From: an uncultured Alphaproteobacteria bacterium
GTDB lineage: Bacteria > Electryoneota > RPQS01
Direction: 5' to 3'
DNA: 64,000 nt
NCBI GenBank assembly: GCA_964406405.1
Contig: CAYORN010000002.1
Span: 248,025 to 312,024 of the forward strand
Shown one piece after another: positions 9,005 through 16,894 of this stretch. The notes under the pieces are model-generated. The model did not search any database. It was not told the DNA's origin and saw nothing but the letters and a program-made list of their open reading frames with translations. Position numbers and translations under genes: made by a program. How positions within the stretch are numbered: position 1 is the stretch's first letter; every line of letters begins with the position of its first letter.

Positions 9005-9313
9005 TCAGCTTCTTCTTACGGGTGTGATCTTGTACGTCTCGTTGAAGAGCTTGCGCGCCGCGCGCCGAGCAAGCAGGAGCGCATCGCCTTGCAGCGTGTA
9101 GGCAAGTTGCGGTTCGGAGCATTGCGGAATCGGTCCGGTGAGTTCCAAGAGCGCTTTCAATTCGCGCTGGAACTCTTGTTCGTAATGCGTCGCGCGCAGG
9201 GACAGGTCTTCATAGGTGTGTGCGGCTTTGCGGAGCTGGTCCAGGAGCTGATCGAGATTCAGATCGGCTGGGTTCTCGAGTTGCCCGATGAGGGGGGAGA
9301 TGGGGTTTGGCAT
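9005..9313 (-). CDS. Hypothetical small protein of the phage-like module
   Basis: ORF 9005..9490, trimmed to MPNPISPLIGQ at 9313, directly after the conserved AAAATTGAAAA motif. Confidence 0.3.
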   Translation of the reverse strand: MPNPISPLIGQLENPADLNLDQLLDQLRKAAHTYEDLSLRATHYEQEFQRELKALLELTGPIPQCSEPQLAYTLQGDALLLARRAARKLFNETYKITPVRRS

Positions 9314-9696
9314 GGGGAAAATTGAAAATCGAAAAATGAAAAGTAGGGGGGAAGCGACGAAGATGCGGTGGGGGAAGACGCTCCTGTTCAAAAGTGACGG
9401 GCATAATGTACTATTTGACAAACGAAAAGTCAAGAACATTTCTAATAAAATGTACATCTGATTGTGTTTTCTGATATTTAATTTGAACACACGGACAAGT
9501 GCGTCCAGTTACAAATTCTGTTTGAACAAATGAATCCGTGCTTAGCGAAGGAAAGCACACTCTGGGTCAGTAAAATGAAACATGCCGTGGCGAGAGGCTG
9601 AATTGCCTCGACCCAAATGCGTGATTGGTTTGAAAACTATGCCAATCTCTTTGTTTGGTCAATTCAGATTTGAATGCGATCCGGCCGGACAAAATG

Positions 9697-9728
9697 AAAA
9701 GCGGTGACCATTCGGCCACCGCTTTCAG
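9697..9728 (-). terminator. Rho-independent terminator (AGCGGTG-GCCGAATG-GTCACCGCT-TTTCATTTT on the minus strand)
   Basis: Hairpin plus T-run just 3' of the minus gene ending at 9753. Confidence 0.6.
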
Positions 9729-9752
9729 CATTCAAACCAGTGTATCAGCGTG

Positions 9753-10781
9753 TCATTTGATCAGGGTCATTCGCTTCACGTTGGTGTACCCGTTTGTCTG
9801 TAAACGGTACAGATAGGTCCCGCTGGAGAACGTGTTGGCATTGAAGACGACACTGTTGCGTCCGGCGCTGCGGAAGCCCTTGACGAGCGTGGCAACCTCT
9901 TCTCCCAGCAGGTTGTACACCTTCAGCGAAACGTCGCCGCTCGCGAGGAGATTGAAGTTGATTTGCGTTTCCGGATTGAACGGATTGGGATAGTTTTGCT
10001 CAAGGTAGTATCCTCGAGCGACTGGGCCTCGCTGAGGATCAGCGTTGGTGCCAGCGGTGGTGATGACGATCTCACCTTGAGTGAAGTTCGGGTTTTGCTC
10101 ATCTTCATAGGAAGTGATTTCGGCTCCGATCGGCACGTCCGCGCTAAGCCACATATAGGAGTATTGTTCGATCGTATCCGCGGGCCAGCCTGGAATTGAT
10201 CTAATCATGAACTCATGGCTCCGCGTCCGCAACACCGGCCAGGAACCGAAGGGAGTCACCAGGGTCCCCCAGCCATCTACGGTTTTCAGGACCGAGTCCA
10301 CCACGGTGATTTCGAACCCGGGCTGGGGTTCAAAGGTGAAGCGCCACACAGATGTCCAACTGGCGAGATAGGTGAGCGGAAGGGGGAAAAACAACGCTTC
10401 CTGATCCGGCACAATGATCATTTCCTCTCCCTCTTCGAAGCTCACTGCACCCTGAAAGAAGACGCCGTTCGCTGCCAGTCGCAAATAAGCGAAACCGCTG
10501 TCGGCGGACATGAAGATACAGTGCGTGGCGGAAGGGAAACTGTCAGCGTACGAGGTCGTGGCAGGATCCACCCATTGCTCGACGCTTTCGTCCCAAGTGC
10601 GATCCGAGATCGACCACGTCTGGTTGGCGCCATCCGCACCAACAGCGACCACTGTGCTTTCGGCTTTTTGGTCCCCGAACGTAGAGCCAAAGGGCGGGAA
10701 ATCGCCCAGCGTAATCGTGATTTGGGCGAAGGCCGGAAGGTGCAGGCATAGAAGGACAAGAACCCAGCAAGAGTATCGCAT
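9753..10781 (-). CDS. Secreted T9SS C-terminal-sorting-domain cargo protein
   Basis: GGAGG Shine-Dalgarno and ATG at 10781. Signal peptide MRYSCWVLVLLCLHLPAFAQ. C-terminus YPNPFNPETQINFNL...GTYLYRLQ...MTLIK. Confidence 0.65.
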   Translation of the reverse strand: MRYSCWVLVLLCLHLPAFAQITITLGDFPPFGSTFGDQKAESTVVAVGADGANQTWSISDRTWDESVEQWVDPATTSYADSFPSATHCIFMSADSGFAYLRLAANGVFFQGAVSFEEGEEMIIVPDQEALFFPLPLTYLASWTSVWRFTFEPQPGFEITVVDSVLKTVDGWGTLVTPFGSWPVLRTRSHEFMIRSIPGWPADTIEQYSYMWLSADVPIGAEITSYEDEQNPNFTQGEIVITTAGTNADPQRGPVARGYYLEQNYPNPFNPETQINFNLLASGDVSLKVYNLLGEEVATLVKGFRSAGRNSVVFNANTFSSGTYLYRLQTNGYTNVKRMTLIK

Positions 10782-11122
10782 GATAATGACCTCCATTTTT
10801 TTTGTTAGAGGGTATCTGATTGAAAAATACGACAAATCTACCGAATTGTCAAGTAGGTTCAGACTTTGCATGAATTTAGAATACTTGTTGTTCGGCTGTT
10901 GAATGGCGCGGGTCTTTGAGGAGCTGTATCTTGATGTGCCCTCCGCCGGGGCGGCAGAGACTTTGGTGGCGCGGCCGCTGCGGGACCGGTCAGAGCCGTT
11001 GAAGGGTGGTTGATCTCACGGCCTATGAAGTGCATCAGTCACGGCCCTTCTTGCAGTTTGGCGAGAGTTTTGCTATGTTTAATTCTACCAGTTGAGATCT
11101 AAGGCGAGCGGAGAGTTTAGTC

Positions 11123-13369
11123 ATGTACATTATTGGAATCGTGTTGGTGATGCTGCTCGGGGGAGGAGCCGGGTTTGCGCAAGATCCGATTTCCGAAATC
11201 CAAAACCCGAATCAGCCCTCCCTTTCCCCCCCCGTAAACGGAGGGGAAGCAAGAGTGGTGCGGGCGGTGCGGACGGCGTCACCGAAGATTGATGGGATCT
11301 TTGACGTGGAGTGGCTGAAGGCGGCGCTTGCGGATCACTTCGTGCAAAAAAGACCTGTGGAGGGCGCGCCTGAATCCCTGCCCACGCGGGTTTTTGTGCT
11401 CTATGACAATGACGCGCTGAATGTCTGCTTCGTGTGCAATGACCATCCGGATTCGATCAGCGCGCGCGTGCTGCGGCGGGACAATGATGATAACTGCGAT
11501 GTGGTGTACATCGCTTTGGATTCGTTTCATGATCGGCGCAATGCCTACTATTTCGGACTGACGGCGGCCGGCGGGCAGGTGGATGGCACCTTTTCCAACG
11601 AGAGCGTGACCGACGGCTCGTGGGACGGAATCTGGGAGTCAGCGGTGGGGAGAACCGACAGCGGTTGGGTGGCGGAGATGCGGATTCCGTTCAGCAGCTT
11701 CCGGCACGGCGGCGCGCGTGCGGACGGCTGGGGATTTCAACTCGAACGGGACGTAAACCGCCGCCAGGAAGAAACGTACTGGCAGCCGGTGTCGGTGCAA
11801 CGCGGCGTGCGGGTGGGAGAGTTTGGAATCCTGGCGGGGCTGGAGAACATCGGCTCGGCGCGGCATCTCGAAGTGCTGCCGCACGCGGTGGCGAGGTTCG
11901 ATGCTCCTGCGGACAGCAACTGGAAGTCGCGGAGCGAATGGAAGGATCTCGGGTTTTACGCGAAGTACGTTCCGGCGGCCTCGTGGACGGTGGACTTTGC
12001 CTATCAGCCGGACTTCGCGCAGGTGGACGTGGATTACGAAGTGATTCAGCTCTCCGATTATCCGGTGTTTTATCCGGAGAAGCGGCCTTTTTTTCTCGAA
12101 GTGAACAACTTCTTTGACACCGCGCCGATTTCGCTCCTGTACACGCGCAGGGTCACTGATCCGGATTTTGGGGGGAGAATTTACGGGCAGTCGGAGAAGT
12201 TTCGGGGGATGGTGTTAGGGGGGCAGAATCGGAATGAACATGGAATTCGTGAGTATGTGACTGCAGGTCGTGCGGTGCTCAATCTGGGTAAACAGCACCA
12301 ACTTGGGCTTACTGGAACAAGTCTATACCGACCGAATGCAGTGCCGTTGGGCGATGCATTTCGCGCGTACACGGGCGGATTGGATGCACGGATCCGGTGG
12401 GGGGCGGAGAATCGGTGGTCATTGTCTGCGGCGGGTGTAAAGCGAGACCGTGTAACGATCGCGGGGGCAGACAAGCTCAATGATCAGCCCTTCGAATTCC
12501 GCAATAGCCTGTATCTGAATCTGCATCCGCTGCCAGTGAAGATGAGCCTGACGGACAACTATCGCGGGCAGGATTACAACATCAATGACTTGGGCTGGAC
12601 GGATTTTTCGAACACGATTGAGCACTACATCTGGTTCGGGAACAACTGGCAGCCGGGAAAGATGCTGGTTCAGCAGTGGGGCCTGGATTTGAACGGCTGG
12701 CAGCGCAACCTGCCCGACGGCACGTTTCCCGAAGGCGGTGGCAATGTCGGGACGTGGTTTCGGACGAAAGAGAATTTTGAATACGGCGGCGGCTGGCAAT
12801 GGGGACTCTTGAGCCGCCGGAATTATGAGACCAACGATAAGTACGTCGTGGGCGAATTCCGGGACAACTTCTTCGAAGATTACGGACGGTTCGTGCTGGA
12901 GCCGCATTATTACCAAGCCGGGTGGGCGTGGTTCGAGACTGACGACCGGACGTGGCTCACGTACTTGAGCGAGGGCACTTACGGCCTGTTCCGCGAAGGG
13001 CACAAGTGGTCGTGGAATCAGGCGGTGACGGTGAAGCCGCGCGCCAATCTGGAAACGACTTTTGCGTCGAACTGGACACAGGTGTGGGGAGTCAGCGATT
13101 ATGATAATTATCAGCCGACGACGTTTCGCGTGTGGCGCTGGGTCACGCGCTATTCGCCGACGTTGAATTTGTCTTTGCGCGGGACGTTACAGTGGATCGA
13201 GGAAGACAAGCAGTTGCTGACCAATCTGTTGCTGGCGTGGAACTGGCATCCGGGAAGCTGGTTCTACGCGGTGTATGACGAGGGTCGCATGACCAATCCG
13301 CTGGCATACAAAACCGAAGGGGACCGGACGGTGCGAGTGAAGGCGACGTATTTTTTTACGGTGAAATAG
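11123..13369 (+). CDS. DUF5916 / carbohydrate-binding family 9-like outer-membrane-associated protein
   Basis: Signal peptide. The N-terminal CBM9-like signature is IDG..D..W...........P..G.P......V..LYD...L.....C.D........R.RRD.....D.V.I.LD.F.D.RN, followed by a long Trp/Tyr-rich beta region. Confidence 0.6.
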   Translation: MYIIGIVLVMLLGGGAGFAQDPISEIQNPNQPSLSPPVNGGEARVVRAVRTASPKIDGIFDVEWLKAALADHFVQKRPVEGAPESLPTRVFVLYDNDALNVCFVCNDHPDSISARVLRRDNDDNCDVVYIALDSFHDRRNAYYFGLTAAGGQVDGTFSNESVTDGSWDGIWESAVGRTDSGWVAEMRIPFSSFRHGGARADGWGFQLERDVNRRQEETYWQPVSVQRGVRVGEFGILAGLENIGSARHLEVLPHAVARFDAPADSNWKSRSEWKDLGFYAKYVPAASWTVDFAYQPDFAQVDVDYEVIQLSDYPVFYPEKRPFFLEVNNFFDTAPISLLYTRRVTDPDFGGRIYGQSEKFRGMVLGGQNRNEHGIREYVTAGRAVLNLGKQHQLGLTGTSLYRPNAVPLGDAFRAYTGGLDARIRWGAENRWSLSAAGVKRDRVTIAGADKLNDQPFEFRNSLYLNLHPLPVKMSLTDNYRGQDYNINDLGWTDFSNTIEHYIWFGNNWQPGKMLVQQWGLDLNGWQRNLPDGTFPEGGGNVGTWFRTKENFEYGGGWQWGLLSRRNYETNDKYVVGEFRDNFFEDYGRFVLEPHYYQAGWAWFETDDRTWLTYLSEGTYGLFREGHKWSWNQAVTVKPRANLETTFASNWTQVWGVSDYDNYQPTTFRVWRWVTRYSPTLNLSLRGTLQWIEEDKQLLTNLLLAWNWHPGSWFYAVYDEGRMTNPLAYKTEGDRTVRVKATYFFTVK
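11215..11246 (+). repeat. Poly-C hairpin element CCCTCC-CTTTCCCCCCCCC-GTAAAC-GGAGGGG inside the coding sequence (encodes SLSPPVNGGE)
   Basis: Same element family as 42213-42238 (intergenic) and 63921-63952 (also coding, PPVNGGG). Confidence 0.55.
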
Positions 13370-13552
13370 CGAAATTGCAAATCCCAAACTGGAAATCCAA
13401 AATTCCAATCAGAACGAACCCCCGAGAGGTTCTGGACGCCCGCGCTTCGAGGACTTGCGCGGTGTCCAGAATGACAATTGAAGAAACGCCGGGCTGGCTT
13501 ATGTACATCGTGCACTTGTTGTGTCTATGCATGATCCGCCTCGGCGAGACGA

Positions 13553-13592
13553 TTTCCCCCCTATGATCCCCCCACCAAGTGGGGGGATTGAT
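13553..13592 (+). repeat. Poly-C/poly-G hairpin TTTCCCCCCTATGATCCCCCCACCAAGTGGGGGGAT (copy of 2316-2351)
   Basis: About 36 of 40 nt are identical to the 2316 copy. Confidence 0.6.
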
Positions 13593-13660
13593 TTTGTGGC
13601 AACATTCGCGGGTTTCTGTCGCTCGTATGAGGAGAAACCGAAGGGAAAGGAGACCTCAGG

Positions 13661-14716
13661 ATGAGACTTAGCATCTTATTCTTTATAGCTTTGCTGGCGG
13701 CCATGGTCGCGCAGGCGGAGACACGGGTCAGCGGCAACGTGTCCGGGACGTGGAGCGAAGAGGGCAGCCCGTATGTCGTGGAAGGGAACATCACGGTGCC
13801 TGCGGGCGAGAAGCTCCTGATCAAGCCGAAAGTGGTGGTACGGTTTGACGGGCCTTACTCCTTCACGGTCAACGGCGAGCTGCGGACACATGAAAGCAAG
13901 TACAAATTGGGCGGTATCAAGCTCGAGATCGGCAACGGGAAGAAGGACAAAGAGACCATGATCCTGTTCACGTCCGATGCGGACGGTACCGGCTGGGGCG
14001 GAATCCGGTTCGTGAAAGCCGATCGGGATTGTGAGCTCACGAATTGCCGGATTGAGCAAGCGGACGTGGCCGGCGACGGCGGGGGCGTGTATTGCGAAGG
14101 CTCGGACGTGGCGATTACAAACTGCGAAATCGAGAACTGCGCGGCGACCGGCTCGGGCGGGGCGATTGCGTGCGTGGGTGGCGACGTGGCGATCACGAAC
14201 TGCGACATCACTCACAACTCCGCGGGCGGCATGGGCGGCGCGATCTACGGCCATGGCGCGAGCATTGCCGTGACGAATTGCGCGGTGAGTGAGAACCGCG
14301 GCGGCGGCATCGCGTGCGTCTCCAAGTCTGAAGTAGCGGTAACCAATGTTGAAATTACCAAGAACACCGGGGCGACGCTGGGCGGCGGCCTCTATTTGAA
14401 ACAGAGCGAAGGCGCGCTGACGAATGTCGAGATCACCGGCAATGAGAACGGCGGCGTGGCGGCGCTGGACAAGTCTGAGCTGGTCGTGACTAACGGCGAC
14501 ATCACCGGGAATCTGGGCAGCGATCGCGCCAACGGAATTCTGTGCGTCAACAGCGAGATGGTGTTTACGAACGGCGAGATCAGCGGCGGGGCAGAGCATG
14601 CCGTTGGATGCTTTGAGAATTCATCGGCCGTGATCACCAACGCGGATCTCTCCAACAGCCATGGCTTGGACAAGGACGAGAGTTCGGAAGTGACGGCGGT
14701 GAACGTGGCGTACTAA
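13661..14716 (+). CDS. Secreted right-handed parallel beta-helix repeat protein
   Basis: Signal peptide MRLSILFFIALLAAMVAQA. Repeats of the form NCxIxxNxAxGxGGAI (ITNCEIENCAATGSGGAIACVGG...). AGGAGA Shine-Dalgarno. Confidence 0.6.
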   Translation: MRLSILFFIALLAAMVAQAETRVSGNVSGTWSEEGSPYVVEGNITVPAGEKLLIKPKVVVRFDGPYSFTVNGELRTHESKYKLGGIKLEIGNGKKDKETMILFTSDADGTGWGGIRFVKADRDCELTNCRIEQADVAGDGGGVYCEGSDVAITNCEIENCAATGSGGAIACVGGDVAITNCDITHNSAGGMGGAIYGHGASIAVTNCAVSENRGGGIACVSKSEVAVTNVEITKNTGATLGGGLYLKQSEGALTNVEITGNENGGVAALDKSELVVTNGDITGNLGSDRANGILCVNSEMVFTNGEISGGAEHAVGCFENSSAVITNADLSNSHGLDKDESSEVTAVNVAY

Positions 14717-14721
14717 GACGT

Positions 14722-14773
14722 GAGACCTGAGACTTGAGACTTGAAAGGCGGCTTGAAGGCCGCCTTTTTTTTG
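14722..14773 (+). terminator. (GAGACYT)3 heptamer array fused to a rho-independent terminator GGCGGC-TTGAA-GGCCGCC-TTTTTTTT
   Basis: Read directly. Sits 6 nt after the stop at 14716. Confidence 0.7.
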
Positions 14774-14970
14774 TTCACAAACGACTCGCCGTGGCGGGTC
14801 CATGCGTGACGAGAACAGCAATAACATGGGAACAGAGACCCGCCCGGCTACCTTAACAGCATTGCAGCGGGGCAGGTCTCAAGTGAGAGATCACGTGACG
14901 AGCCTGGCTGGCGATGGAGGATTTCGGTACACCCGGACCTGCCGCCGCGGCGGTTTTGTTCATCTTTTAC

Positions 14971-15000
14971 TTGACAAGGTCACCATATGGTGACTATATT
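14971..15000 (+). promoter_or_regulatory. Sigma70-like promoter (TTGACA at 14971-14976, TATATT at 14995-15000) overlapping the perfect palindrome GGTCACCATATGGTGAC (14978-14994); TetR operator
   Basis: Read directly. The palindrome sits between -35 and -10, directly upstream of the TetR gene. Confidence 0.6.
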
Positions 15001-15634
15001 GCTGAACAGTCAAGGGAGATGGACCGTGAGAGACAAAGACCAGACGAAACAGAAGATATTACAAGCGGTTGGAAAGCTGATTGCGGAGGGGAACGGGAAG
15101 GCGGGGGTGAATGCCGTGGCGCGGGAAGCCGGAGTGGACAAGGTGCTCATCTACCGCTACTTCGGTGGGATGCCGGAGTTGCTGAGAGCCTATGTCTCTG
15201 AAGGCGAGTTCTGGCCGGGCTTCGAGGATGTGATGGAGACCAGCCCTTACGTAGCCGCCATGCTGCCGCCGGGGGAAATCGGCACCCGCTTCGTGCACGG
15301 CTTCATCCGCGAACTGCGCTCGCGCCCGGTGACGCTCGAAATCCTCCGGCGCGAACTGCAGGAGACGAACGCCCTGACCGCCGAGTTAACAAGGGTGCGG
15401 GATGACTGGACGCGCGACATCGGTGAAAGCTATGCCGGGCGGGGCGGCGATCCGGAAGCGCTGCACGCGCTTGTCACGGCCGGACTGATCTATCTGATGC
15501 TGGCGGGCAAGACGATGGAGACGTTTTGCGGCGTGGACGTGCGAACGGACGAGGGCTGGGAGCGGATCGAGCGGGCGGCGGGGAGGATGTTTGAAAGGAT
15601 GAAGGATGAAGCAGAAAGAAAACTTGAAACTTAA
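14987..15634 (+). CDS. TetR/AcrR-family transcriptional regulator (true start probably GTG at 15026 after AAGGGAGA)
   Basis: N-terminal HTH KILQAVGKLIAEGNGKAGVNAVAREAGVDKVLIYRYFGG. The listed ATG lies inside the operator palindrome. The C-terminus (RMKDEAE) is encoded by the GGATGAA repeat at 15597-15610. Confidence 0.75.
   Translation: MVTILLNSQGRWTVRDKDQTKQKILQAVGKLIAEGNGKAGVNAVAREAGVDKVLIYRYFGGMPELLRAYVSEGEFWPGFEDVMETSPYVAAMLPPGEIGTRFVHGFIRELRSRPVTLEILRRELQETNALTAELTRVRDDWTRDIGESYAGRGGDPEALHALVTAGLIYLMLAGKTMETFCGVDVRTDEGWERIERAAGRMFERMKDEAERKLET
15597..15610 (+). repeat. Heptamer array (GGATGAA)2 preceded by TTGAAA
   Basis: The 20-mer TTGAAAGGATGAAGGATGA is shared with locus 234-253. Confidence 0.6.
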
Positions 15635-15740
15635 ACTTGATACCTACCCGGAGCAGGCACTGATATTCAGCGTTTCAGCGTTTCAGAATTTGAAAAGGCA
15701 CGCGTTCCCGCGTGCCTTGAGGGTGCACCATGTGCCTCCG

Positions 15741-16016
15741 CTATCCCGAGAAACGGTGTTCGCGGACAAAACGGTTAAGTTCGGAGGGTTCAAAGAGAAT
15801 CGCCTTGCGGGACAATCGAATGCACTTCAGCCGGCCTTCGCGCACCCAGCGCATGATCGTCGTGCGATGCACATGCCCGAGATGGAAGGCGGCTTCACTG
15901 AGGGTCAGCAGGGGGGAGCTGGCGGCGCCGGCGCGGCCGGACGACAGCGATTCGCCGGATCGAGACCGGCGCGAGGTAACGCGAGACGGGGTTACGGACT
16001 TGGTAATCATCTTCAC
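15741..16016 (-). CDS. Small HTH DNA-binding protein (excisionase/MerR-like HTH_17 type)
   Basis: LTLSEAAFHLGHVHRTTIMRWVREGRLKCIRLSRKAILFEPSELNRFV fits the excisionase-family HTH. Arg/Ser-rich N-terminus. Confidence 0.4.
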   Translation of the reverse strand: MKMITKSVTPSRVTSRRSRSGESLSSGRAGAASSPLLTLSEAAFHLGHVHRTTIMRWVREGRLKCIRLSRKAILFEPSELNRFVREHRFSG

Positions 16017-16300
16017 GGTGGGCGGAGTCCCGCTCTATGTTTGAGGCGATTGACCCTGAACCTATGCTGTCAATATCCGAAAGCAAACATGCATTGTCAA
16101 TCATTATTCGCGCTTTTTGCGGTTATTGGCGGAGATCAGCAAGCACCCGTCATAATCCGCAAGCTCCGGCTTTTCAGTTTTTCCGACTTAATCTATCTGC
16201 TTACCCGTTATGGGGTATTAACATCCGGAGAGGCAGGGTGCCTCTTCCGGGGCGGAAATGGCGGCTTGAGAAAGTGGGGAATTGTGGGTATCATAGGAAA

Positions 16301-16328
16301 GGATGAAGGCGGAAGGATGAAGGATGAA
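16301..16328 (+). repeat. Heptamer array GGATGAA-GGCGGAA-GGATGAA-GGATGAA
   Basis: Same unit structure as 868-895. Confidence 0.8.
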
Positions 16329-16342
16329 ATAAGGCCAAGAAT

Positions 16343-16367
16343 GTAGGTACACCCCTTGTGGGTGTTC
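16343..16367 (+). repeat. GTAG-type REP: GTAGG-TACACCC-CTTG-TGGGTGT
   Basis: GTAG followed by a hairpin, read directly. Confidence 0.35.
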
Positions 16368-16440
16368 TGGATGCCCGCAACCCCCTGACCCCCAAATCAA
16401 AGATTTGGGGGAAAAAGAGGGGGGAATGGTAAAATGAGGA

Positions 16441-16806
16441 GTGTGCATGGCACGGATTGAAGATTTCCAAGAATTCCGGGCGCGGATGAATGAGCGGATC
16501 CTGAAGCAGGATCATCCGGCAATCAAGCGCTTTTTCAGCGTGGACGCGCTGACGTATCACGAGGGCGCGCTGGACACCAAGACCAAAGAGATGCTGGGTC
16601 TGGCGACCTCGATGGTGTTGCGCTGCGATGACTGCGTGACCTACCACATCCTCGAATGCAAGAAGCAAGGCGTGACCCGCGACGAGTTCTTCGACATCTT
16701 CTCCGTGGCCCTGACCGTGGGCGGCTCGATTGTGATCCCGCATTTGAGAAGAGCGGTGGCGGTGCTGGAAGAAGTGGAAGAGAAGGAAAAGAGAGATAAG
16801 GTGTAG
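16441..16806 (+). CDS. Carboxymuconolactone decarboxylase / AhpD-like family protein
   Basis: CxxCxxxH motif LRCDDCVTYHI. About 120 aa. GAGGAG Shine-Dalgarno. Confidence 0.65.
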   Translation: MCMARIEDFQEFRARMNERILKQDHPAIKRFFSVDALTYHEGALDTKTKEMLGLATSMVLRCDDCVTYHILECKKQGVTRDEFFDIFSVALTVGGSIVIPHLRRAVAVLEEVEEKEKRDKV

Positions 16807-16894
16807 CGCCGCACGGCTGCGCGCGCTGATCGTCGAGTGGGCATGAGAAGACAGGTGCCGACACGGGAGAAAATAGCCAAACTGGAGATCAGCC

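Noticed and set aside
9490-9700. Possible tRNA or attachment site in the AT-rich tract after the phage-like module
   Set aside because: No cloverleaf with an acceptor stem, T-loop or GTTCRANYC motif could be found by eye. It is kept only as an AT-rich boundary.
13676-14599. 307-aa minus-strand ORF antisense to the beta-helix gene
   Set aside because: Arg/Ala-rich low-complexity translation typical of the antisense frame of a GC-rich gene. The plus-strand protein has a signal peptide and beta-helix repeats.
15606-16346. 246-aa plus ORF spanning the excisionase-like gene and the GGATGAA array
   Set aside because: No motif. It overlaps a better minus-strand HTH protein, and its ends are driven by the repeat (KDEG frame).
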